A stretch of 64,000 bases of DNA from Cycas panzhihuaensis (taxonomy: Eukaryota; Plantae; Cycadophyta). Below the pieces are notes generated by a model. That model was not told the DNA's origin. It did not search any database and saw only the letters and a program-made list of their open reading frames with translations. The stretch covers positions 48,925,741 through 48,989,740 of the forward strand of contig CM041465.1 in the NCBI GenBank assembly GCA_023213395.1, given 5' to 3'. Positions within the stretch are counted from its first letter, which is position 1; each line of letters begins with the position of its first letter. The translations under genes were made by a program, and so were the position numbers. Shown piece after piece: positions 52,701-64,000 of this stretch.

Positions 52701-55700
52701 CTCTCAAAACTTAAAACTTTGTAGCATTGGGAGCTTGTTCTAATATTGAGCTTGATTTTTGGGCTGAAAATAGTCTCCAAGCATTTTCTATTTTATATCT
52801 GTGATTATTTTTTAAAAAGTCCATAAACAGTCCAAATTGCAAATAGATAATATTTTTGTACTATTTTCGGAGAACCCTTAACAAAGGTCCACTAAAGATT
52901 ATCTTGAAAAAGTGCTCAAGACTTGTCAAAAACTCACATTGTCTTTGCTTCTAAAATCATCTCTGAAATATCATAAACTTATATTACATTATAGGTAAAT
53001 ACTTTACATTGCTATGCATAGCTCTGGCACTTAGGTTTCACTCTGTGCCATCTCATTATAACAACTCTACAAGCTTATACCCTACACCATTATCCTCTCT
53101 ACCGCATCCTCCTCATATTCCTCGAGGAAGCTTTCAATAAGAAATATCCCTTCACATTATTGAGCATGAGAATAATTTCTAGTATACTTCTTGAATATCA
53201 AAATAGTATGTAAAACATAAAATATAGATGTTAATAAAAAATAGCTTAAGTCTTTGAATAATCTTGAAAACATTTGATGTCATATGTGCTCAGATGTATA
53301 TTCCTTAAACTTAGAGAGAGGATACAAACCAGTCAGCCCATCAATAAATAGAACACATACATCAACTCCTCAAATTATTACATCTTAAACTACCATCAAA
53401 TTTCCAAGGTTTTGCATTAGGAAGATTGACCCATTAAATAAAATAGTTGCACACAATAACCTCATTTTTTTTACCAATCTTCTTTGTTTTTAAGTAGAAA
53501 TGAGCATTTGAGTAGTTTAAGGGTTTGAAGCCAAGTCCAAGTCTTGTAGCCGGAATCAAGGGAAGATAGCTCCAGCCAGTCTTTTAGATTCAGAAACATT
53601 TCTGCCTTAGGCTCCACTTGGATGCTTCAGCTTCCTTCTTCTATTGTAGCATTTGAGACTTCACACGAAGTCTTCTTACTAATCCATAGACACCCATCAG
53701 CAGCAAGTTCTGCCACATTATCTCTTTCAAATTTTTGGTCTTTAAACATTTGTACTTTAAAGTGAAGTATTCTTCTTCTTCTAGACATTCAAGAACAATT
53801 TTCTTGATATCATCATTAAGGTCCTTTACAACATGATCTAGCATTCACCATCATTATCCGTGTGAGAGTGCTTTGCCTCTGTATTGTTGACAAGGAAAGC
53901 AACAATATCCTAAACCCTTTGTTTAGTGATCTGCACGTCATCTAGTAGCAGGGAAGTACTCTTGCACGAACTCTAATTATCCCTGTCGGGAGGGCCAAAA
54001 AAGCCCATTTTTCTGCCAACACTTTTTTTTAATCATCGGGACAATGGAGCCGAGTAGTTCTCTTTCACCATTTCTTGAACCTAAACCTCCCAAAACCTAA
54101 CACTAATTCGGTGCCTTACACCCATAAGTATCCATAATTATAGCTTTATAATCGAAGCATGAGATCTCATGCTCGCTTAACATAATGCTTGTTCTGCGAC
54201 CAGGAACAAGTTGCTTAATATTAACCCTTTCCCCCACCCTATAATTAACCTGCAAACGATAGAATTTTAGTAGATTTTGATAGAAAATATTCGATATCCA
54301 GCAGCTATAGTCTTAAACCTCAGTCGATTTTGCACTTCAATCTTACAAACGTAAAATGACTGGTATTTTCTCTTGAAATGCAAGGCTTTCACCAGGTGCT
54401 TGATATTCAGTCGTTGTACCCTCAAATATTGTCTCTAAATGCTCAGATTTTGGTAGGTATTGATCGAAAATACTCTAGTTCGATTTCAATTTTTCCTAAA
54501 AGGTCGATTTCAATGAAATTTATCCTAGTTTTAGGCTGATTCCACGCCACATCTTCTGACAATTACTTATTTCCAAGGACCTGCACCTCATCTGCTGGGT
54601 TCTCTATGTGATCTACACATTGCTGTGCGAGTGCAACGACGTTATAGCAGGTGCAACGGCATTAAAGAGGTGCAACGACACCTCATTAAAGGTTTTTGAA
54701 CATTTTTTTTACATATTTTATTTTATAAAGTTAAAAAATTTATTTGTGTTATATAAAGTTTAAATTAATTAAAGTAAATTAAATATCATTTCAAATCTAG
54801 GCAATAAAAGGGGTATTAGTCCCTTTACACTCAGCCCCCCATCCCATTCAATCATCATATGACCATTAAGTCATTTTCAAAGGGGTTCATAACTTTTAAA
54901 ACACTTTTTTCTTTTTATTTTTTAAAATTTTTTTATCCTATATAGGGTTACTGGACTTTTTTTACCATAACTCCTCACTGAGTCATCAGTTTTTTATGAA
55001 ATCAATTTCATTATATTAGAAATTTTTTGTAGATCAAATTTTACTGATCATATGACCAATTTGGTGCTAATTTGACCCTATTTCAGTCGATTTAAAGCCA
55101 ATCAGTCATTTTTTAAGCATTTTTAACCTTTTTTATAAAATCACTTTTTGAAATAATTATATTTTATTACTGAGTAACTATTTTCTACCCAAATCTATTC
55201 TACAGTGATTTACGTTTAACAAATTTTATTATCCACCTTTTATTTTATTTTTTAGAATTTATTTTGATCATTATTTTAATCACCAAATGTGGCACTTTAG
55301 TAGTTTTTAGCATTTTTTTAACACATTCACATAAAGGTACTTGTTGTTGTTTTTACTATAATGTTTCTGTTTGACATCCAAATTTAGTTCTATTAATTTC
55401 TTTGGGAAGATAACTCATTCCCCTTCAATTTGACATAGTTTTTTATATGTTTTAATGTATTTTTCTAACTTCCAAATTACTCAAAGTTGAGGTACTTAAT
55501 TACCTTAAATCTGCCAGTTTTTACATATTTTTATATATATTTCTCAAAATGTTTTAGCTAAAAGTATATTGAGCGGTCTTCTAAATAATATTTAATCAAA
55601 TTTTAGCATTTTATAAAGTTTTATTAGCAATTTTATGCTTTTTTAAGCTCTTTGCTCCCTTTAAGCCTCAAAAAGAGGCCTGTAACTTTGAATCATCAAA

Positions 55701-56311
55701 ACTTGACTTGTAGGAATCTGTTTTTAAAACAGACAGTCCCCTTGTATAGATATTTTATTAATCTTCATATTGGTAAAGGTTCATATTATTCTAACATCTT
55801 TTAAAGCAACCAAACTTGAAGTTATCCTTTAAACATTCTTTTAAGGAGTATAATACCTTTTTTATTTAAAATTTCTTCATATTCTTTATATTTTGAAGTA
55901 AAAAATACTTATATGTATTTTAGTTTTATTATTATATATTATTATCAAGGCAAAAGATTTATCGTGTTGAGAGTTTATATTTATTCATTTGAAGAACCAA
56001 AAGGTTAAGGATTATTCTTTTTATTATCAAAGTTACATTTCAGATTTATATTACTAAAAGAATCTTTATTACATTCAAATTTGCATATATATTCTTCATA
56101 TTTCAAAGTTTATTTGAAAGGCATACTTATTGAAAAGTCCTTTTATCATTATTGAAATGATCACTTCCTTATTGTGCCTAGTTGATTGACTTTCTAAAGG
56201 GCATTACATCTCCTTTAAAAGGTTATTTGAAATCATATATATTCATTGGTTTATTGATTTTTTTTGACTTGGTCAAAGCATACCTTTTATGTACTAAAGT
56301 TTTTTGATAAA

Positions 56312-56884
56312 ATGGCAAAATTTCCTATATTCAATGGGCATAATTTTTCATTATGACACAAGACTATTCAAGACTATTTTATTGAACATGATCTTCTAAA
56401 ATATTTGCAATATAAATGTGATCTAAGTATTAAAGAAAATTTTAGAAAGGATAATGAAGTTTTAGGATTATTATTTTGCACTATTAATGATGATATTTTT
56501 TCAAAAGTTTATGAATTAACGACTTCTAAATCTGTTTGGGATGTATTGATTTCCACTTATGGGGGAGATACCCTCCATGTATTTAATGATATTTTTGATA
56601 AGCATATGAGACAGGTGACAGAACAGGTGAATTATAATGATAACATCCATGAAGATTTAGATCAAATGCAGGGCCAACTTGCTATACAAGTACTTGATCC
56701 TCCATTTGAGGGGGAGAATGAATCTTATGGCATGATGGAGAATGAATCTTATGATATGACAGTCAAAGTTAAATTTCTAGAAGTTAAAGTCAAAGTTACA
56801 GTTATTCTTTGTTGTACAAATCAAGCATCATTTACTTACAATTTTTTACATCATTTCATGATAAAGAGACATATGTGGCTATAA
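56312..56884 (+). pseudogene. Copia Gag N-terminal remnant fused to an acidic tail
   Basis: MAKFPIFNGHNFSL*HKTIQDYFIEHDLLKY...RKDNEVLGLLFCTINDDIFSKV...SKSVWDVLISTYGG; one in-frame TGA. Confidence 0.85.
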
Positions 56885-59028
56885 GGATGAGAAGAGTTGA
56901 TAAAGATCAAGATCAAAATTTCAAAGATTTTTTTCAAATACAAGTTCCATAAGTTCAAGGAGAAGATATAAGTGTTTGTGATGACTATTAAGGGGAAGAA
57001 TATTGGAGTTAATCATCATCACTCCACTCCCACCTTTCAACTAGGATTGTATACCTCATCAACCTCATTTTATACATGTGGGTGCTCAACATGTATAGGT
57101 AAGTTAAGGTATGATTTGATTTTATTTAAATTAATTTGAGTTAGTTTCATTTGAGTTAAGTTAGTATTATTTTATTGTTAATTTAAATTTCAGGGGTTGA
57201 GGAGTTTCCCTCCTCCCCTAAAATTATAAATATTGAGGGGTATGCAACTCTGGTGTCTTTAAACACTGCCCTCATTTGGGAAATTTGTAATACTCACTTC
57301 TCACAATATGGCTTGAATATAATGCTTTCATAGTTTATGCTACATTACAACATTGATGTATTGAAGATTTATATTGATATATTGATCTATTGAAGTTTAT
57401 TTTATGTTCTGCCATGTTCTCCTTGAATATTTTTTCCTACAAGTTATAATGAAAATAATGGAAAGTACTTTTTATGTTAATAGTTTAAAAAAGGCTTTTA
57501 AAAGAAGAATTGACTTAAACTGATTTAAAATAGGTTAAATTAGCTTCAAATATAGAAAATAGCCAATTTAAACTGTAGCCCAAAAATTTCTAGACTCAAC
57601 GTGATAGGTTTTCTTAGAAACAGATATTCCAGTGAAGAGATATTGAAGAAATTATCCATGTACCTTATGTACTAAAGAAAAAATTTAAAAAAATAAAAGA
57701 AAAATATTTATAAAGTTAAATGGCCCTTTTTAATAAACAAACTAAGAGTCACATGGATAAATGTGACTAGGGGATAAGGCTAAAAGGGAGCCAACCTCAG
57801 ATTTGAAACTTTATAAAGACTAATTAAATTTTACAAAACTTAATATTTCAAATCGTAACATTAATTGATATATAAAAAAAATGAAATGCTAGATATACAC
57901 GGTGACTTATACCAAGTAACAGAGGCATGATTAGATTGAATGAATTCAAATTTAGGCACCAAGATTCTACTACGGAAAAGGGTTTCAAAATATATTTATT
58001 TATTAAAAAAAAAAAAAAAAGAATTGATAAACTACAACAGCCAACAGAAGGTTGTGTATACAGATTGACAGAGGCAGTGGTGGTTAGCTTGGATCAATCC
58101 GGGTACGTCCCATTTTTGAATCATCGTTCTTAACTTTGACTTCTCAGATTCTTCTATTGCAGCCTTCTACAAAATCTCCTCTTTTAATGATACTACTGAA
58201 CATGGTGAGATAAGAGAAAGACGAGGTGAAAGTGATGCACCTCTCTTATCACTCTTCTTCTCACAGTCATCAGTTGATGGAATGGTTTTTTTTTTTTTTT
58301 GAGGTTGGGCTACCTTACTTGAGTTTGTCCCAGTGGTATGTTGATGCCCGTAGCCCACTATCTATAGTCCCACTGTGATCGCTAAGACTTCAAATTAAAC
58401 ACCCCTAAAGAGGTAAAATCACTGAGATCTAAAGTCAAAGATCTTGAATCTATGAATCATAGGAAAAATAGCTTGTAGAATGAATTTTCTCTGGTGAAAG
58501 GATGTCGAGATGATTGTGCTACAAACTATAATATCAAAAAATTAGAGAGGGAAAAAAAAAAAACTATGATCACTTGTAGAATCTACTAACTCTAGCAACA
58601 AGGAACGGTCAAATGGACTTTAATCTTCTAAGACAGATGCTAAAGAAGACCAAGCCCATTAGGAGGGAAAAATACTTGTTAATTCGATGGTTGCATTAGC
58701 AGTTACAAAAGGGTTATGCAAGGCCGTAGAATAAGAAAAGGAAGAAGCAGTAACCAAAGCTCATTCAAGTGTCAAAATAATAATCAGGGAAGTGGGATTG
58801 GAATGACATGGAAGGTTGGAGGTATTTGAGAAGAATGTTTAATTGTTAATTGCAGAGGTTCAATCACTACATCAAGAGAAAAATCTAGGAGAAAGGTACC
58901 AAGCACCTCTTCAAGAGTAGAATAATGAGAAGGAGAACTAGGGCTGGATGAGGATCTAGGTAGCAAAATGAGTGCAATGATGTATAAATATATATTCACA
59001 ATTTCCAGTTGCATACCAGATTACATAT

Positions 59029-59150
59029 ATGAATGAGGAACATAGCGAGGATTATCTTTTCAAAATTGTCTTGATAGGTGACTCATCGTTGGTAAATCGA
59101 ATTTACTTGCAAGATATGCACACAATGAGTTCTATCCTAACTTGAAATTG
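59029..59150 (+). pseudogene. RABA5: Captured N-terminal fragment of a Rab11/RabA5-type small GTPase, antisense to copia-3
   Basis: [19 protein letters not shown][1-nt deletion][21 protein letters not shown] versus remembered RabA5 [35 protein letters not shown]. Homology stops before TIGVEF. Confidence 0.9.
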
Positions 59151-59497
59151 TGGACCTATCAATATGATAATAGATTATGGTATGAGTCCAATATGAGTGC
59201 AGAGGAAACTTATCATGCTTTTAACGTTTGTAGAAATAGGCTATGGAAGTTGATGGAAAAAAAATTAAGGCACAGATTTGGGAGGAGAAATAGAGAGAAA
59301 ATCACTATTTTTCAACCAAAAAATCAAGCTCAATATGGAACTGAGGTAGTATATACCATAAAAAAAAAAATAATAACAAAGAAATGTTTTAAAAAAATTA
59401 TATATTTATATATTAAAACATGAAAAAATTGGTCATGCAACAGAGTCATAAACGAAGCCAAATCTTTTAAATATACTAGAGATGATATATCAAAGAA

Positions 59498-59662
<165 letters not shown>

Positions 59663-59885
59663 AAGTACGAACCTGGTAATGCAGCTGTAATAGGTTTGTA
59701 GAAGATTGACTTCAAAGGACGAGAACTTCTTTCATAGTGGTTGAAACTTCGAACTGATTTCTCCAATAGATAGATGGGCTTGCCAGGATTCCAACAAGTA
59801 GTCATATGTTGAACTTTTTCCAAACGTATGAAGAGCTAGATCAGCATAACCAATTATCAACCAACTCTAATGCTCTGATACCAAA

Positions 59886-60230
59886 TGATGGATTCATAGG
59901 AGTAGATCAGGATGTTAAATTGAGAACATCTTGAGTAAAACAAGTGATTTTTGAAGTTGGAAGTGTTAAAAAACACCAGGGTGGTATTCCCACCCATTAA
60001 ATAAAGTTTTGGGGAGGCAGAAAGCGCCATCACCCAACTTGCACATTAGTTGACAAATAATTCAAACAATATTAAAAAAATAACAATAATAACTAATGCA
60101 TGTACCTTAATAAAGTTACGTCAGCTCCAGGTGGTTATTGGGAGGTTCTAGGTACCTTAAGGGGCCTCAAAGGTAGCTTCAAGGGCCCTAGGTGCACGAT
60201 TCTTTAGTAACATTGGGGCTAGTCCCAACA
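59886..60230 (-). repeat. 5' LTR of copia-3
   Basis: TG...CA termini, PBS 2 nt inside, TSD outside. Confidence 0.95.
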
Positions 60231-60235
60231 TTTAC

Positions 60236-60797
60236 ACCTCTTTTCATGATGGCCATTAGCTTAATCTGCATGAAAATCAGTCTACCCATTTTCCAATCTA
60301 ATTCTTTTTGAAAAAAATAGTTGGAATGTTGCTCTCTTAGGAGATAATAAGGATTTCTCCTAAGCATTTACCCTTGCCTAGGATGGAAACACATAAATGT
60401 TATTATTTTTAATAATAAGCCTCCTTCCTCAATGTTCATAAATAACATGATTGTATTGGTCTTGTTTACTTATTCATTGTAAATAAGTGTGAATGTGATA
60501 AACATGTAAATCAAGCTACTACATCTAGAAGAGTTCATTGATTATTAGGACTCTACCTTGTGCACTATAAGTAAGGTCTCTCTAGAGAAGGGAAGATCCT
60601 AACAACCTTAGAATAGAAGGAAATGTAATAATTCTTATAGACACAATAATTCTTAGGGTAGGAATCTCCCCATGAACAAATGGTCCTCCCCTCCAGCCCA
60701 AGGGTATCATTAGGCTATAAAATATAACTTTGTTAAAGTGGCTCTTAAGGAGGGAGGAGGAAAACTACTTAAATTAAGGAGAGTATTTGTTGGAAAG
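60236..60797 (+). mobile_element. 3' continuation of the LINE (end of zf-RVT, possible start of an RNase H-like domain)
   Basis: Removing copia-3 and one TSD restores C..C....E..LHLF..WP.A. A degenerate KW.PP..G.I..NF motif lies at ~60680-60730. Confidence 0.65.
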
Positions 60798-60811
60798 GCT
60801 TTGATACCAAA

Positions 60812-63800
60812 TGTTGAAAATAAAAGTATATGATAATATCATAAATAAGATATTAGAACATGATTCAACATTTAAAGTAAAAGATGAAATAATACAATGA
60901 AAAATGAGAAAGATAAAATATATACTAAATTGCAACATAATAATTTGGTGGAAGAATGACCATTATTTAAATATTACACTAAGAAGTTGTTCCCATTTAT
61001 AAGTCCAATCTATTAAGAGAACTCTTAACACATCCAATAGAAGATACATAAATAGTTCTATGTAATTGCATAGTTATTATTGGTACTCATATTTTAATAA
61101 TAATAAATGTAAGAGAGTGGAAGATTTGATTAAACTTTAATTTATGCAATTAAATATTATACCAACATTCTCCCTTTTAATATTCAATTACATAAAATAT
61201 AATAAAAATCATATAGAAAACGTCTTCAATCATTAATATTAAACTATTTGTTGACATCCATATTGAACTATTTATTGACATCCATATAAAAAATCCACCA
61301 TTTACCAATTTATATAGGTAACCAACCATTATGATTGTCAATTTATTAGGAAGGTTTTTAATCTTTATGATTCATTAATAGCAACAATGTATAACACACT
61401 ACCAGAATATGCCAAACTACATGGCCAAATGAATATGCTATAAATATAAGAGTAACTTAAGTATCTTGCCTTTTGTCTTATGAGATCAACATTTTTTTTG
61501 GCAAGAAAAGTGACTTCAAACATCAACATTTTGCTAGAACTATAAGCCAATACTTAAGAGAAACTTCAATATTTTATAAATGGGCTTTTACACATGTAAA
61601 GATTTTTTCTTTTTCCTCTCTCTTTACAAAAATCTTTTGACTTCTCTCTATAAAATAATATGGTTCTCATGACATCAATGAACCTTTAAAAATAAAGGCT
61701 TATTAAAATTTCGCTTTTCTAAAATATAATATAGCATCAAAATGTGTTTGAAATCATTAAAAGCCTATATTAAAACCAATATTTAGTTAAATAGAATAAA
61801 AATATATATTATATTTTTTTACATGAACCCATAAAATGCATTTTCATAACTTGAATTTACTTTTGACATAAAAACTACTAGATAACTACATCAAAGTGGG
61901 TCATCATATGACTAGTGATTTTAAAGATGTCAAAATAAGCTTTCTAATGCATCTAATAAAAAGGAAATCAAGTACTATATGTGAAACTTATGATAGAAAT
62001 AATATAGGTAGGTATGAAAACATTAACATTAAGACAAAAATTATGCATTTAACATTTTTTTGTTTGGTTCTAGGATCTAGTTTTTTGCAACATGACCAAC
62101 CACAAATTTTAGGGGATGAGACTTAGAATAGATTTTAATCAAATCAAGTTTTTGAAAACTTTAGAAAATATTAAATTTTCATCATTTTTTAATTGTGTTA
62201 CATGTTGTCTCTCTACATTTGGATTTAATGTTTATTGAAAAATTAGTTTTCCAATTAGAAGTGTATGTGCATGTCAAGTGTTTATATCAGTTTATATTTC
62301 AAGATTTGGTGCACGCTTACATGCTCTTCAACAACAGCTCAATGGTGACATCCTATGAAATATTTAACTACTCCTAGACATAATTAGAACACTTTATATG
62401 TTCTCTAATCAACATCTAATAGACCAAGTTTCTTAATCTATATTTATAAGCTTAAGATTAGATAAAAACTTCTCAACTCTAGAAAATTCTTCATATTTTA
62501 AGTCACACATTTTTGTTCAAGCATAGCAACTTAAGTGGTATATGCCTTATCATACTTTTCCTTTAACTTGTCCTAGACGTTGGTAAGTTAATCAGATTCA
62601 TTGAATTGCTTACATATGTCTGGTGAGAGAAAGAGATTAAGATGGTGCTTAGGGATCCATCATAAGTCATCATAAAAACCATATAGGTATTTGATGTTTC
62701 ATCCATAGGTTTTGTAAACTTGCTAGTCATGTACTACCAAAGCTTTTGTTGTTTAAGATGGTCAAATACCATGACTTTCCAGTTGGTATAATTTGATCAA
62801 TTTAGAACTGAAATTTGGGTAGAGGAGGTTGTTCCATATATAATATCCATTTTGATAAAAATAACCTAAGATAATAGAGATTCTCTTTAATGAAAACAAC
62901 GAAAAAGAAAAGGATAAGGTGTATTAAAAAAAGAAACTTTTAAATAAAAAAAATATTAAATTAAGCTACAAACATAAAATATGAATGTAATCACAATATT
63001 TTAATTTTTAAATTAAAGTATAATAAAATTAATTTAATGAAAATAAAGATACATTAATATTTTTACAAAAAGATTATTCAATTTGTAAAAGAAATTTAGG
63101 GGGTATCTATTTTAATCACTTTAATTGATTGTATTATATAAAAAATATATTTACAAATATAAATATTAGAGATTAAATCAAATTTATAGTAAAATCACAT
63201 AATTTATGAAGTTATTTATAAATAAATAGCATTAAAAGAATGACTATATTAAATACTAATAAATTAAATGAATTTACTAAGAAGAGAGGGATAAAATAAT
63301 GTTATTAATTCATAAATTTAATAAATGATTAATAAAATATCAAATTGAATTAAAATTATTACAAAAATATAAGGCAATCTAATAAATTAAATTACATACC
63401 TACACTTACCTTAGTTGTGGTTTACTTCATTGATTTTAATCATAGTTTTGCCCATCAAAATGACTTAAAAAATGTTTAAATGACTAGCGAAATCAATGAT
63501 GTTTGATTCAAGAATCCAACATAACTTCTAGTTCTAGATTTGGACTCCAAATAATGAAGTTATAATATAAAATATACAAGTAACCCTTTAACAAGATAAG
63601 GGGGGCTTAAAATTAAGGGATTAATCCCCTTTTACATCAGAAAGCAGGGTCATATAGGATTAAATAGAACCCAGGGCTAATGACAAGGGGGTTGTAAACC
63701 TAAAAAAAAAAATGAATTAGTTTTAAATCTTTTTATGTTTGAGAAAAGATTATTACATATTGGAAGAAATGTTGACATTTACTAGATCATAAAAATAAAT

Positions 63801-64000
63801 AAATATATAAAATATTTATCTTAAAACTTAGGATTTTAAATAGTATTTTATCAAAATGCAGGTTGTGATGAAAAAAGTTTGCCAAAATCTCCAACTTCAT
63901 CTCTTTGCATATAGATTGTGGCTTCATCCTTTATTTGAAGAGCTATGTGCAGATGTGTTGCAGAAAATTTTATTTGGCTTGGCTTCAATCAAGTAGATTT
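60812..64000 (-). mobile_element. Deleted copia-derived LTR element: LTR 60812-61167, PPT and gag remnant; extends beyond the window
   Basis: TGTTG...CAACA termini. Minus-strand PPT AAAAGGGAGAA at 61168-61178. Gag remnant about 1.2 kb away, with only scrambled pol traces between. Confidence 0.75.
62400..62837 (-). pseudogene. Copia Gag N-terminal remnant
   Basis: ISVLN*SNYTNWKVMVFDHLKQQKLW*YMTSKFTKP...NV*DKLKEKYDK. Confidence 0.8.

Larger units (their letters stand above)
51152..57441 (+). mobile_element. Non-autonomous copia-derived LTR element (6.3 kb) nested in the copia-3 leader
   Basis: LTRs 51152-51575 and 57001-57441. Perfect TSD AGTTA. PBS TGGTATTAGAGT 51578-51589. PPT AGGGGAAGAA 56991-57000. 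No pol motifs seen. Confidence 0.95.

Noticed and set aside
51856-52780. Hydrophobic ORFs as membrane or Env proteins
   Set aside because: F/I/Y richness is an artefact of T-rich degenerate repeats.
59029-59423. Functional Rab gene
   Set aside because: Frameshift in the P-loop, truncated before switch I, no further exons, and located inside an LTR element.
59872-59883. tRNA-Met gene (also 12542, 34569-34650, 60797)
   Set aside because: Only the 12-13-nt 3'-end match next to LTRs, so these are PBS sequences; no cloverleaf.

Overview
AT-rich, CpG-depleted eukaryotic DNA from a land plant (inferred from RabA5 and TCP11 fragments and tRNAiMet primer-binding sites; a non-angiosperm source is plausible but unproven). 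I found no intact host gene and no intact transposon ORF. The window is a nested stack of decayed retroelements: three Ty1/copia elements (1-7169 +, 12354-17552 +, 44884-60230 -), three related non-chromovirus Ty3/gypsy elements (7170-20410, 20411-24240, 24241-~40250, all +), an L1-type LINE split by copia-3, and four non-autonomous or truncated LTR elements (26531-29872 -, 34159-37634 +, 51152-57441 +, 60812-end -). LTR pairs, PBS, PPT and 5-bp TSDs were read directly for four elements. Most notable: (1) an extra Gag-capsid-like module between protease and RT in all three gypsy copies; (2) arrays of the palindrome GTTGCAAC between pol and a 3' extra ORF, with the core conserved while the period changes; (3) LTR-borne host gene fragments (TCP11, RabA5, unidentified); (4) structured RNA islands plus splice-acceptor signals just before copia gag; (5) aberrant ends (triple PBS, a ~373-bp flanking duplication, a PPT-LTR-PBS junction). 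All protein assignments come from manual translation and remembered motifs, not database searches.
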